NCBI GenBank assembly: GCA_937897575.1
Contig: CALCQG010000001.1
Coordinates: 1 to 49,661 of the forward strand
DNA length: 49,661 bases
From: an uncultured Synergistales bacterium
GTDB lineage: Bacteria; Synergistota; Synergistia; Synergistales; Aminobacteriaceae
Reading direction: 5' to 3'
How positions within the stretch are numbered: the stretch's first letter is position 1; each line of letters begins with the position of its first letter. Made by a program: the position numbers and the translations under genes. The notes under the pieces are model-generated. The model made no database searches. It saw only the letters and a list, made by a program, of their open reading frames with translations, and was not told the DNA's origin. Positions 1-9,287 of the stretch are shown one piece after another.

Positions 1-1618
1 GGAGGAGCCGTGCGAACTGCCCCGTGCTGTTCCCCTCGGCCACCACGATCCGCGACGCCCGTGCAAGACGGTCCGACGCGGACGGGTGCAGGGGCCAGAC
101 CTGCTCGAAGGCGAGGAGCGCCGTGTCCGTCCGTCCCAGCAGGCCGACCGCCTCCCTGAAGATGGGGATGGTGGAGCCCCAGCACACCACGAGGCACTGG
201 TACTCCTCGGGGCCGAAGAGGAACGGCGCCAGAGCCTCCGCCCGCATCCCTTCAAGTTTGCGCATGCGCTTGTCCTGCATGCGCTTCCGCAGCTCGAAGT
301 CCTCGTACACATGTCCCACCTCGTCGTGCTCGTGGCTGTCCGCCCCAACGATCCCCCGTCCGAAGCCGGGAACGCCCATGGGCGACCGGCCGTCGGGGCT
401 GTCCTCGTACCGCCGGTAGGAGGCCTCCGTCTCCACCGGTCCGGCCGGCGCAGGGGCAAAGACGAGGGCCTCCGCCGGGAGATCGTGGAAGGAGTCGACG
501 AAGTACTGGTCCGTCAGGACGATGGCCGGCGTCTGGTACTTCCAGGCTGTGCGGAAGGCCTCCTGGGTCACGGCAAAGGCCCCGGCAAGCGTCCCGGGAG
601 CGTAGACGGCCTTCGGCCATTCGCCGTGGCCCGAGTGCAGGGCCAGCTCCAGATCCCCCTGTTCCGTCCGGGTCGCCATGCCCGTGGCTGGCCCCGGACG
701 CTGGGCGAGGTGCACCACGAGCGGCGTCTCCATAACGCCCGCCAGGCTCAACCCCTCGGACATGAGGGCGAAACCGCCGCCGGACGTGGTGGCCATGGGG
801 CGTCCTCCGGCGTAGCTGGATCCCACGGCCATGTTGATGGCCGACAGTTCATCCTCCACCTGCTCCACCACGGCGCCCACCTCGTGCGCGTGGGCGGCGA
901 AGTAGGACAGAACGCCCGTGGCCGGCGACATGGGGTATCCCGTGACGAAGTTGCACCCCGCCGCCATGGCCCCGAGGGCGACGGCCTCCGTCCCCTTCAT
1001 GATCATGGACTGTCCGGCGGCCATCCGCGGCCTGCCGTCCAACAGCCCTTTTTCGTCAACGAGGGACGAGCCGATGGCGTACCCCCTGCGAAAGGCCTCG
1101 GAGTTGCTCCTGGCAACCTCGGGGGCCTTTCCCGCGAAGCGCACTTCGAAGTGGGCTTCGGCCCCCCTCGTGCCCAACCCCAGGATGCCCATGAGCACCC
1201 CGGCGGCCACGGAGTTGGAGTACAGCGCCGCGCCGAGCTCCTTGGCGATCTCCGCCAGAGGCACGTGGACAAAGGGCGCGCCGAGGTCCTCCAGCTCTCC
1301 GGAAAGCTCCGTCCGGTCGCCCAGGATCACCGTCTCCTTCGAAATCCGCCCGCGGATGTTCTTCCTGACCTTCCTGCTGAGGGCGATCAGGATGTCGATC
1401 CTGTCCACCTGCGCGTCCACCGGTCGAACGGCTATGCGCAGCTCCGTCGAATTGTTGCCGCCCCGGACCCTGGACATATACTCCCGGGTGCCGAAGACGT
1501 GAAATCCCTCATCCACCACGACCCGGGCCAGCATCTCCTCGACGGTCTGGATGCCGAGTCCCGCCGCTCCGCTCAAAACGCAGGACAGTTCCTCTTTGTC
1601 TCTCAAAGAAGAGAACAC
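1..1618 (-). CDS. 2-oxoacid:acceptor (ferredoxin) oxidoreductase alpha subunit, KorA/PorA-type; 3' end cut by window edge
   Basis: Not in ORF track. Manual translation from GTG 1618 (SD-like GGGGGAGAGG upstream): ...LSGAAGLGIQTVEEML...EYMSRVRGGNN...GCNFVTGYPMSPAT...EQVEDELSAINMAVGSSYAGGRPMATTSGGGFALMSE...QRPGPATGMATRTEQGDL, the family motifs. Confidence 0.92.
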   Translation of the reverse strand, partial: MFSSLRDKEELSCVLSGAAGLGIQTVEEMLARVVVDEGFHVFGTREYMSRVRGGNNSTELRIAVRPVDAQVDRIDILIALSRKVRKNIRGRISKETVILGDRTELSGELEDLGAPFVHVPLAEIAKELGAALYSNSVAAGVLMGILGLGTRGAEAHFEVRFAGKAPEVARSNSEAFRRGYAIGSSLVDEKGLLDGRPRMAAGQSMIMKGTEAVALGAMAAGCNFVTGYPMSPATGVLSYFAAHAHEVGAVVEQVEDELSAINMAVGSSYAGGRPMATTSGGGFALMSEGLSLAGVMETPLVVHLAQRPGPATGMATRTEQGDLELALHSGHGEWPKAVYAPGTLAGAFAVTQEAFRTAWKYQTPAIVLTDQYFVDSFHDLPAEALVFAPAPAGPVETEASYRRYEDSPDGRSPMGVPGFGRGIVGADSHEHDEVGHVYEDFELRKRMQDKRMRKLEGMRAEALAPFLFGPEEYQCLVVCWGSTIPIFREAVGLLGRTDTALLAFEQVWPLHPSASDRLARASRIVVAEGNSTGQFARLL

Positions 1619-1684
1619 GGCCTCTCCCCCTTCCCGGACTCTAGTATATATCAGGGAGCTCCGCCCGTGGGGCTTTGCCTTCTC

Positions 1685-1693
1685 TGGTATAAT
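1685..1693 (+). promoter_or_regulatory. extended -10 promoter element (TGGTATAAT) for the zinc-ribbon gene
   Basis: TGn-TATAAT about 60 nt upstream of the start; no convincing -35. Confidence 0.5.
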
Positions 1694-1755
1694 GAAGTCA
1701 AATACAGAAACGAAACAGGCATTGGGCCCTGTTTCCGGAACAGGAGGGTATGTCC

Positions 1756-1920
1756 ATGGGAAAATACCGATGTCTTTCGTGCAAGAAGGAGTTCGAACTG
1801 GATGAAAAGGCGGCCACGATCAGATGCCCCGCATGCGGCAGCCGATTCGTCGAGGTCCTTGACGCTCCGAACCGGAAGCGAGGCAAGTCCTGGAGCGCGA
1901 AGACCTTCAGCGTCAAGTAG
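1756..1920 (+). CDS. small zinc-ribbon protein, 54 aa (RpoP/Rpo12-like or FmdB-like CxxC-x14-CPxC)
   Basis: Below ORF-track cutoff. AGGAGG at 1742-1747, ATG 1756: MGKYRCLSCKKEFELDEKAATIRCPACGSRFVEVLDAPNRKRGKSWSAKTFSVK*, followed by a terminator. Confidence 0.85.
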   Translation: MGKYRCLSCKKEFELDEKAATIRCPACGSRFVEVLDAPNRKRGKSWSAKTFSVK

Positions 1921-1945
1921 CCGACGGGGAGAACGAAACTGTCAT

Positions 1946-1984
1946 AAAGGCGAAGGAGGTTTCCTCCTTCGCCTTTGCTTTTTC
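1946..1984. terminator. intrinsic terminator between convergent genes
   Basis: AAAGGCGAAGGAGG-TTT-CCTCCTTCGCCTTT hairpin followed by GCTTTTT. Confidence 0.8.
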
Positions 1985-2037
1985 TGACCCCGGCGCGCCC
2001 CGGAGGCAAGAACGGGAGCCCTCAGCAAAGGCGCTGG

Positions 2038-2415
2038 TTATCTTTTCTCGCGCTTCTGCCCGGCGTGACGGCAGAGGGCGTCGAAGGACGTCTCGCTGAT
2101 GTCGTGCTCGATCATGCAGGCGTCCCGATAGGCCGTCTCCTCGTCCACACCCAGGCTCATGAGAAAGTCGGCCAGAAGGCGGTGCCGCTCGTAGATCCGC
2201 GATGCGATCTCCATCCCGCTCTCCGTCAGGGTGATGCCGCCATCGGGCGCCATCTCGATGTGGCCGCTCTCGCGCAGCCGTTTCGTGGCGTAGGTGACGC
2301 TCGGCTTCGTGACGGACAGAAGCTCCGCCACATCCACGGAACGAACGAAGCCCCGCCGCTCCCTCACCATCAATATGGCCTCGAGGTAGTCCTCTGTGGC
2401 CTTCGTCGTCCCCAT
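2038..2415 (-). CDS. DtxR/MntR-family metal-dependent transcriptional repressor (no SH3 domain)
   Basis: TEDYLEAI...VRSVDVAELLSVTKPSVT...IYERHRLL...DACMIEH motifs; divergent from feo operon. Confidence 0.93.
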   Translation of the reverse strand: MGTTKATEDYLEAILMVRERRGFVRSVDVAELLSVTKPSVTYATKRLRESGHIEMAPDGGITLTESGMEIASRIYERHRLLADFLMSLGVDEETAYRDACMIEHDISETSFDALCRHAGQKREKR

Positions 2416-2487
2416 GCCATCCCCTCCCCGCTTCCCCTCGCTGTGTACACGCTACCACAGTTCCGAAAAAAAACAAACAGCACCCCC

Positions 2488-2540
2488 TTGACAATCGAGG
2501 TTAGAGAACCTAAACTCACCCTTGGTTAGAGATGTCTAAC
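2488..2540 (+). promoter_or_regulatory. sigma70 promoter of feo operon with two DtxR/MntR-like operator palindromes
   Basis: TTGACA (2488-2493)-17 nt-TAAACT (2511-2516); TTAG-AGAAC-CTAA (2501-2513) and GTTAGA-GATG-TCTAAC (2525-2540). Confidence 0.75.
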
Positions 2541-2583
2541 TCAGTGCAAAGGCGTTCATTCACTGGAGGGAGGCGGGGAGGCA

Positions 2584-2985
2584 ATGGTCCCATTGACGAC
2601 GGCGCAACCGGGCGAGACGTTCCGCGTCCTGAAGATATGCGGCAGGGACGAGATGCGCCAGCGTATCGGGGAGCTGGGGTTCGTGACGGATGAGGCCGTC
2701 ACGGTGATCGCACGGAACGGCGACAATATGATCGTCGCCGTCAAGGGGTGCCGCATCGCATTGGACCGCTCCCTGGCGGTGCGGATCATGATAGGAGGAG
2801 GTAGGGACAATGAGAACGCTCAGGGATGTGCCCATCGGCGGCACGGCGACGGTCCTGCGGCTGCGCGGTGCCGGGGCTCTCAGGCGTCGGATCATGGACA
2901 TGGGCATCACCAAGGGAACGGTTGTCTATGTGCGGAAGGTCGCTCCTCTGGGGGACCCTCTGGAGGTCACCGTCCGGGGGTATGA
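2584..2985 (+). CDS. feoA: FeoA-family protein 1 (domain ends about 2793; reading frame runs on without the expected stop)
   Basis: PLTTAQPGETFRV...RIGELGF...IVAVKGCRIALDRSLAVRIMI is a complete FeoA domain; the tail overlaps the next gene out of frame. Confidence 0.8.
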   Translation: MVPLTTAQPGETFRVLKICGRDEMRQRIGELGFVTDEAVTVIARNGDNMIVAVKGCRIALDRSLAVRIMIGGGRDNENAQGCAHRRHGDGPAAARCRGSQASDHGHGHHQGNGCLCAEGRSSGGPSGGHRPGV

Positions 2986-3052
2986 GCTGTCCATCCGGAA
3001 AAGCGACGCCGAGAACGTCGAGGTCGCCGACGACGAACCGACCCGGGCCTAG
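2810..3052 (+). CDS. feoA: FeoA-family protein 2
   Basis: RRRIMDMGITKG...KVAPLGDPLEVTVRGYELSIRKSDAE; strong RBS AGGAGG. Confidence 0.93.
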   Translation: MRTLRDVPIGGTATVLRLRGAGALRRRIMDMGITKGTVVYVRKVAPLGDPLEVTVRGYELSIRKSDAENVEVADDEPTRA

Positions 3053-3101
3053 GGACGGGAACCGGAGGACAGACCGTACACGGCGAAAAGGAGGAAGAGC
3101 A

Positions 3102-5267
3102 ATGAACACCACGATCGCCCTTGCCGGCAACCCGAACAGCGGCAAGACCACCATGTTCAACGATCTGACGGGCAGCGCCCAGTACGTGGGGAACTGGCCG
3201 GGCGTCACCGTCGAGAAAAAGGAGGGGGCGCTCCGCGGGCACCCCGGCGTGATCGTCCAGGACCTGCCGGGGATCTATTCCCTCTCGCCCTACACCTCCG
3301 AGGAGGTCATCACCCGGGACTATCTCGTGAACGAGCGACCGGACGCCATCATCAACATCGTCGACGGGACGAATCTCGAGCGGAACCTCTACCTGACCAC
3401 CCAGCTCCTCGAGCTCGGAATCCCCACCATCGTGGCGCTGAACATGATGGACGTGGTAAAAAAGAGCGGGGACACCATCGACAGAGAAAGGCTTGCGCAC
3501 AAACTGGGCTGCGAGGTGGTCGAGACCTCGGCCCTCAAGGGCATCGGTTTGAAGGAGGTGGCCGAACGCGCGGCCGCCTACGGACTGAACCGGCCAAACA
3601 TGGAGCTGCCACACGTCTTCACGGGCAGCGTGGAACACGCCATCGCTCACATCGAGGAGTCCATCGAGGACAGGGTGGAGCGGCCGCTCCTTCGATGGTA
3701 CGCCGTCAAACTCTTCGAACGGGACGAGGGCGTCCGGTCGGCCCTCGGGCTGCCCGGGGAGACCATGGAGCACATCGAGCGGCATATCGCCGATTGTGAA
3801 AGAGAGCTGGACGACGACGCCGAGAGCATCATAACCAATCAACGGTACCTTCACGTCCGTCACATCGTCGACGAGTGCGTGCGTCACCGTCGTTCAGGCA
3901 TCAAGATGACAACCTCCGACAGGATCGACCGCGTCGTCACGGACCGCATCCTGGCCCTGCCCATCTTCGCAACGGTCATGTTCGTCGTCTACTACCTGTC
4001 CGTCACCACCGTCGGCACCTTCGTCACGGACTACACCAACGACACCATCTTCGGCGAGTTCGTGCACGGCGGGCTCTCCTCGTGGTTCGAGTCCATGGCC
4101 GTGGCCCCATGGCTTACGGGGCTCGTTCTGGACGGCATCGTGGGCGGTGTGGGAGCCGTGATCGGCTTCGTGCCCCAGATGCTCGTCCTCTTCCTGATGC
4201 TCGCCCTCCTCGAGGACGTGGGCTACATGGCCCGGGTGGCCTTCATCATGGACCGGATCTTCCGCCGGTTCGGCCTGTCGGGAAAGTCCTTCATCCCCAT
4301 GCTCGTCGGCTCGGGGTGCAGCGTGCCGGGCATCATGGCCAGCCGGACCATCGAGAACGAGCGCGACCGGAGGATGACCGTCATGACCACCTCCTTCATC
4401 CCCTGCGGGGCGAAGATGCCTATCGTCGCCCTCTTCGCCGGGGCCATCTTCGGCGGAGCCTGGTGGGTTGCCCCTGCCGCCTACTTCATCGGCGTCGCGG
4501 CCGTCGTCGTCAGCGGCATCATTTTGAAGAAGACCCGGGCCTTCTCCGGAGAACCCGCCCCCTTCGTCATGGAGCTGCCGCCCTACCACGTCCCCGCCAT
4601 GGGCAACGTGCTCCGAAGCACCTGGGAACGGGGCTGGTCCTTCATCAAACGGGCCGGGACAATCATCCTCGTCTCCTCCGTCGTCCTCTGGTTTCTCCAG
4701 AGTTTCGGCCTGTCCGACGGACGGCTCGCCATGGTGGAGGACAACAACGGAAGCCTGCTCGCCGCCATCGGCAACGTCGTGGCCCCTCTCTTCGCCCCCC
4801 TGGGCTTCGGAGGCTGGAAACCGGCTGTTGCTACCTTCACTGGGCTCATCGCCAAGGAGAACGTCGTCGGCACCTTCGGGGTGCTCTACGGTTTCGCCGA
4901 GGTCGCCGAGGACGGAGCGGAGGTCTGGGCGAACATCGCCCGGGACTTCACGACCCTCTCGGCCTTCAGCTTCCTGCTGTTCAACCTCCTCTGCGCGCCC
5001 TGTTTCGCCGCCATGGGGGCCATAAGGACGGAGATGCACAGCCGGAAATGGACTGCGGCCGCCATCGCCTACATGACCGTCTTCGCCTACGCCGTCTCCC
5101 TCATGGTCTACCAATTCGGGAGCCTTGCCGCCGGAAAAGGCTTCACGCCATGGTCGGGCGTCGCGGTCCTCGCCCTTGCCGCCCTTCTGTATATGCTGTT
5201 CCGGCAACCCCGGGCCGATCATGCCGGGGCGATCCGCTTTCAGAGGAAGGTCGAGACCCATGGGTAA
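3102..5267 (+). CDS. feoB: ferrous iron transporter FeoB
   Basis: Start reset to ATG 3102 (AGGAGG upstream). GNPNSGKT, VGNWPGVTVE, DLPG, LNMMD GTPase motifs plus membrane gate domains (GCSVPG, PFVMELPPY, PCFAA). Confidence 0.97.
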   Translation: MNTTIALAGNPNSGKTTMFNDLTGSAQYVGNWPGVTVEKKEGALRGHPGVIVQDLPGIYSLSPYTSEEVITRDYLVNERPDAIINIVDGTNLERNLYLTTQLLELGIPTIVALNMMDVVKKSGDTIDRERLAHKLGCEVVETSALKGIGLKEVAERAAAYGLNRPNMELPHVFTGSVEHAIAHIEESIEDRVERPLLRWYAVKLFERDEGVRSALGLPGETMEHIERHIADCERELDDDAESIITNQRYLHVRHIVDECVRHRRSGIKMTTSDRIDRVVTDRILALPIFATVMFVVYYLSVTTVGTFVTDYTNDTIFGEFVHGGLSSWFESMAVAPWLTGLVLDGIVGGVGAVIGFVPQMLVLFLMLALLEDVGYMARVAFIMDRIFRRFGLSGKSFIPMLVGSGCSVPGIMASRTIENERDRRMTVMTTSFIPCGAKMPIVALFAGAIFGGAWWVAPAAYFIGVAAVVVSGIILKKTRAFSGEPAPFVMELPPYHVPAMGNVLRSTWERGWSFIKRAGTIILVSSVVLWFLQSFGLSDGRLAMVEDNNGSLLAAIGNVVAPLFAPLGFGGWKPAVATFTGLIAKENVVGTFGVLYGFAEVAEDGAEVWANIARDFTTLSAFSFLLFNLLCAPCFAAMGAIRTEMHSRKWTAAAIAYMTVFAYAVSLMVYQFGSLAAGKGFTPWSGVAVLALAALLYMLFRQPRADHAGAIRFQRKVETHG

Positions 5268-5430
5268 CCCTGCCACCATCGTCGTCGGCGTCATCGTGAC
5301 CCTCATTGTGAGTGCCGCACTGTACAGTCTCCTCCGAAAAAAGGGGCGGGGCAGCGGGTCGTGTTGCGGCGGGTGTGTCGGGTGCGGCGGATGCGGCGGA
5401 GCGAGGCCGTACGATAAAGAGAAGCGATGA
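5260..5430 (+). CDS. FeoB-associated Cys-rich membrane protein
   Basis: MGNPATIVVGVIVTLIVSAALYSLLRKKGRGSGSCCGGCVGCGGCGG; overlaps the feoB stop. Confidence 0.88.
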   Translation: MGNPATIVVGVIVTLIVSAALYSLLRKKGRGSGSCCGGCVGCGGCGGARPYDKEKR

Positions 5431-5459
5431 AGAGGAGGGAATTCCCCTCCTCTTCATCG
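5425..5459. terminator. hairpin between convergent feo operon and cstA
   Basis: CGATGAAGAGGAGGG-AATTC-CCCTCCTCTTCATCG, 15-bp stem; U-tract weak. Confidence 0.65.
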
Positions 5460-5485
5460 TTACCGATTGCCTTCGTCTTCCCGGG

Positions 5486-7123
5486 CTACGCCTCCAGTCC
5501 GGGGTCCTTGAGCGCGCGCAAGGCTTCCTTGACCATCAGGATGGCCAGCACGAGCAGGATCACCGACGAGACGACGAGAATGTAGTTCGGCGCCACGGAG
5601 GACATCTGCTCCTTGATCATGAGCAGCAGGGCAACCACGGTGGTGGCGAGCATGAACCACATGGGGATCATGACGAAGCTGTTGGACTTTTTCAGGCTCT
5701 TGGCGATCCATACACCGATGGACAGGAGCGCGAGCGCGGCCACAAGCTGGTTCGACGCCCCGAAGATGGGCCATATGGCCGCCCACGCCGGAATAAGCTG
5801 ACCATCCGCCCCGTGGGTTTTCACCAAGAGCAGGGCGAGGGCCGCCACGACGGCGATGATGGTGGCGGTGTACTTGTCCACCTTCATGTTGGAGAGCTCC
5901 TGGATCTGGTACCTGGTGAGACGGGTGGCCGTATCCAGGGACGTGATGATGAACGAGTTGATGGCGAGGGCTCCGAGGGAGACCCCGATCTTCTGGTCGA
6001 TGCCGAGCAACCCGGCGAACTTCCCGAAGCCTTCGGCGTAGGTCATCACGGGGCCGCCTGCTGCGATCGTCCCGCTGATCATGATGGTGCCGATGGCGAT
6101 GACGGCCACCACGCCCTCAAGAAGCATGGAGCTGTACCCCACGAGCATGGTATCCTTCTCGGACCGGAGCTGTTTGGACGTGGTGCCGCTGCCCACCAGG
6201 GAGTGGAACCCCGAGATCGCGCCGCATGCTACGATGACGAAGAGCATGGGCCAGAGGTACTGGTCTCCCTTGGCCCCCGCGGCAAAGCCCTTGAAGGCCG
6301 GAAGCACGATGTTGAAGCTCTCGCCGCGGCCGAAGAGCATGCCGACGGTCCCAACGATCACCGCAAAGTACAGGAAGTAGGACGCGAGGTAGTCCCTGGG
6401 CTGAAGGAGGAGCCACACGGGCAGCACGGATGCCAGCAGGATGTATATCGCGAGAAACCATCTCCAGAACTCCATGGGCTTCGTGAATACCGTGGCCACC
6501 CACGGACTGTAGTTGCCGTACCAGCACGCGCCGATGACGATGGGGACCATGACGACCGTCATGGCCCACAGAGGCAGGCGGTACTTGTAGATCGCCAAGC
6601 CGAACACCATGGCGAGGCCGATGTAGAGGATACCCGAGAAGGCTACGGCAGGATCCGCGGCGAAGGTGTTCGCCGCAAGCTGGAGGAACACCGCCACGAC
6701 AAGGATAAGCGCAAGAATGGTGAAGCACAGGAAGAGGACCTTCCCCTTCTTCCCGATCCACTTGTCCACCACTTCGCCGATGGACTTCCCCTCATGCCGG
6801 ATGGACGCCGCGAGGGAGCCCATATCGTGCGGGCCGCCCAGGAAGGCCGATCCGATAAGGCACCACAGGTAGGCGGGAAGCCAGCCGAACATCGACGCGG
6901 CGGTGATGGGCCCCACTATGGGGCCGGCACCGGCGATGGACGCAAAATGGTGCCCCAGAAGCACCGCTGGGTGCGCCGGGCAGTAGTCCATGCCGTCGCA
7001 CAAGGTCTCCGCAGGGGTCTTGTTCTTGTCGCTCAGCCCGTAGATGTTGGCCATGTACGTCCCGTACACCTTGTAGCAGATCACGAACAGAACCACTGAA
7101 CCGATGAAAAGCATTGCAAGCAT
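5486..7123 (-). CDS. cstA: carbon starvation protein A family peptide/pyruvate transporter
   Basis: DGMDYCP, GHHFASIAGAGPIVGPI, IVACGAISGFHSLVGSGTTSKQL, TSLDTATR, FGASNQL. Start set at ATG 7123 (GGAGGTG RBS). Confidence 0.95.
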   Translation of the reverse strand: MLAMLFIGSVVLFVICYKVYGTYMANIYGLSDKNKTPAETLCDGMDYCPAHPAVLLGHHFASIAGAGPIVGPITAASMFGWLPAYLWCLIGSAFLGGPHDMGSLAASIRHEGKSIGEVVDKWIGKKGKVLFLCFTILALILVVAVFLQLAANTFAADPAVAFSGILYIGLAMVFGLAIYKYRLPLWAMTVVMVPIVIGACWYGNYSPWVATVFTKPMEFWRWFLAIYILLASVLPVWLLLQPRDYLASYFLYFAVIVGTVGMLFGRGESFNIVLPAFKGFAAGAKGDQYLWPMLFVIVACGAISGFHSLVGSGTTSKQLRSEKDTMLVGYSSMLLEGVVAVIAIGTIMISGTIAAGGPVMTYAEGFGKFAGLLGIDQKIGVSLGALAINSFIITSLDTATRLTRYQIQELSNMKVDKYTATIIAVVAALALLLVKTHGADGQLIPAWAAIWPIFGASNQLVAALALLSIGVWIAKSLKKSNSFVMIPMWFMLATTVVALLLMIKEQMSSVAPNYILVVSSVILLVLAILMVKEALRALKDPGLEA

Positions 7124-7182
7124 CGAGCCCTCACCTCCGAAAAAATACAGATAAAAACCGATACCCTCCACGCGGCACGCCC

Positions 7183-7632
7183 CTAGGTCTCCCCTGCACC
7201 ACCTCCCCCACCCATTTTTCCCGAGAGGATCAACGCGATGGCCCTCTCCACCAGGGGACCGAGGTCCTTAATCCTGCCGTCGCAGCCCACCCCAGGCGTA
7301 AACGAAAAAACCTCGGCGTACCCCCGGAAACCGAAGAGGAAGGAACGTCCTCTCCTCTGTCTGTTCGAGCTCCGCTCCTCCACGAAAAGATAGCGCTGCG
7401 TCATAAGATCGGGCTGTGGCCGGGCGTTCCGGAGCACCCGCTCTTTGTCGCTCTCCCCGTTATGACGCCACAGGATATAGTCGTCGGCGTAGTATCTGCA
7501 CACCTCGCCCAGCAGGGCGTTCTTCACGAAGGTCACCCTCCGGTACACCCCCGCCATGCCATCGGCACTCCAAGGAGCAAACCCCCAGTACTCCCAAAGA
7601 TCGGACGCACGGGCCAAATCAGGAAGAGCCAC
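7183..7632 (-). CDS. hypothetical protein, probably co-transcribed with cstA
   Basis: 149-aa ORF with protein-like composition (LWEYWGF, CRYYADDYILW); fills the gap in the same orientation as cstA. Confidence 0.7.
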   Translation of the reverse strand: MALPDLARASDLWEYWGFAPWSADGMAGVYRRVTFVKNALLGEVCRYYADDYILWRHNGESDKERVLRNARPQPDLMTQRYLFVEERSSNRQRRGRSFLFGFRGYAEVFSFTPGVGCDGRIKDLGPLVERAIALILSGKMGGGGGAGET

Positions 7633-7925
7633 TCCATCACCACCGTTTGATCTGAAAAATTACAGGCCCCCCGAATGGAGACACAGGATCACCGAGCAGA
7701 GCAACCACGAAAGAAGCGAAGACCGTACTGTGTTTCTTCCAGGAACCACCGAGAGAAAACGGGTCTTTGCTGAACTTGATCGTTTACGACAAAGACGGAG
7801 AAAAACTTCCTGGAGACCGTCAGAGAATGCTCGTTCTCATCTACAGCATATCAGATTTTTGCGGTTTATTCTCGTAATACTTCGAATATGGAAATTTCAT
7901 TCCGTTCTTCGCATCATCTTAAAAG

Positions 7926-7953
7926 ATTTTATACGTATAATATTTTTTTTCAA
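7926..7953 (-). promoter_or_regulatory. putative promoter with a palindromic operator
   Basis: Minus strand TTGAAA-16 nt-TAAAAT; perfect palindrome TTATACGTATAA at 7929-7940. Confidence 0.5.
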
Positions 7954-7989
7954 GACCTGATTGGGAATTCTTTCGCCGAAATTCCGATG

Positions 7990-8030
7990 AAAGCGCGAGA
8001 GGGGGAGCCTGTAGGCTCCCCCTCTCGCGC
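7990..8030 (-). terminator. terminator of msrAB
   Basis: GCGCGAGAGGGGGAGCCT-GT-AGGCTCCCCCTCTCGCGC stem, followed by TTT on the minus strand. Confidence 0.75.
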
Positions 8031-8058
8031 TCTGACGTCTCTTTGCGCTTCTATCGCG

Positions 8059-9144
8059 TCACCGGACGTAGGGAATATATTCGCCGTACCCTTCTTTTTC
8101 CATATTCTCCAGAGCAATGAAGCGCAAGCTCGCTCCGTTGATGCAGTACCGCAGACCGCCCTGGTCCTTCGGTCCGTCCTCGAAAACATGGCCGAGATGG
8201 GAATCTCCCTGTGTGCTTCGCACCTCGATGCGCTCCATGCCGAGGCTCTCGTCCTTTCTGTACTCCACGGAGTCACCGGTGATGGGGCGGGTGAAGCTCG
8301 GCCATCCGCAGCCCGCATCGTACTTCTCAGAAGACGAGAAGAGCGGTTCTCCCGTGACCACGTCCACGTAGATCCCCTTTTCGTCGAACTTGTCGTACTC
8401 GCTCGTAAAGGGGTGCTCTGTGGCCTCGTTCTGGGTCACTTCGTACTGAAGAGGCGTCAAACTCTTCCGCAGCTCCTCATCCGAGGGCTTTCTGAATTTC
8501 GACCGGTCGTACAAAGGTTCCGATGCAAGAGCGAGATCCACGTGGCAATAGCCGAAGGGGTTCTTCTTCAGATAATCCTGATGGTAGTCTTCGGCGGACA
8601 CATAGTTCTGGAGAGGTTCCACCTCGACCACTACCGGTTTCCCGTACTCCTTCTTCTTCTCCGCCACGAAGGCCTGCACCGCAAGACCCGTCACGAGATC
8701 CGTGTAGTAGATTCCTGTCCTGTACTGCGTTCCCCAGTCATTGCCCTGTCGGTTGAGCGACGTGGGATCGATGATCCGGAAGTAATGTTCCAATATCTCC
8801 TGAAGACTCACCTGTCCGCCGTCGTAGGTAAGGCGGATCGTCTCGGCGTGCCCCGTCCTCTTCAGCTCCTCGTACGTCGTCTGGGAGGACGCCCCGTTCG
8901 CGTACCCCACATCGGTCTCCAGGACACCCTTGATGCGCTGGAAATACCCCTCCACCCCCCAGAAGCAACCTCCCGCGAGATAGATCTCTTTTCGATCCTC
9001 CGTCCTCATCTTATCCACCTCTTTCATGGCCGCGTCACTCTGCTGCGCTTCGGCGGACGACAGACCGCCAACCATTATCAACACGCAGGCCGCGGCCAAC
9101 AGGCTCACCAGCGCGCGACTCCTTCGTCTGCGGATTTCTTTCAT
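8059..9144 (-). CDS. msrAB: bifunctional peptide-methionine sulfoxide reductase MsrA/MsrB with N-terminal signal peptide
   Basis: [23 protein letters not shown] (MsrA); GCGWPSF, HLGHVF, RYCING (MsrB); basic plus hydrophobic N-terminus ending AEA. Confidence 0.96.
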   Translation of the reverse strand: MKEIRRRRSRALVSLLAAACVLIMVGGLSSAEAQQSDAAMKEVDKMRTEDRKEIYLAGGCFWGVEGYFQRIKGVLETDVGYANGASSQTTYEELKRTGHAETIRLTYDGGQVSLQEILEHYFRIIDPTSLNRQGNDWGTQYRTGIYYTDLVTGLAVQAFVAEKKKEYGKPVVVEVEPLQNYVSAEDYHQDYLKKNPFGYCHVDLALASEPLYDRSKFRKPSDEELRKSLTPLQYEVTQNEATEHPFTSEYDKFDEKGIYVDVVTGEPLFSSSEKYDAGCGWPSFTRPITGDSVEYRKDESLGMERIEVRSTQGDSHLGHVFEDGPKDQGGLRYCINGASLRFIALENMEKEGYGEYIPYVR

Positions 9145-9287
9145 GGCGCCTCCTCTCTCGGGTCATCTCCCACGATGACCCATCTCATTAAGAAAAGTGT
9201 ACGGAATTCAGGAGGAAATTGAAAGTGCATTCTACCGACTTGTGCTAGATGGATGTTCGCCCTTTCACATCCGCCTCGCCTGTCGGC

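Noticed and set aside
86..1987. 633-aa plus-strand ORF and other long shadow ORFs (5312-7099, 34179-36770, 36740-38050, 37725-39545, most of 47222-49363)
   Set aside because: Antisense to well-supported genes; expected from high-GC codon bias; no recognisable motifs.
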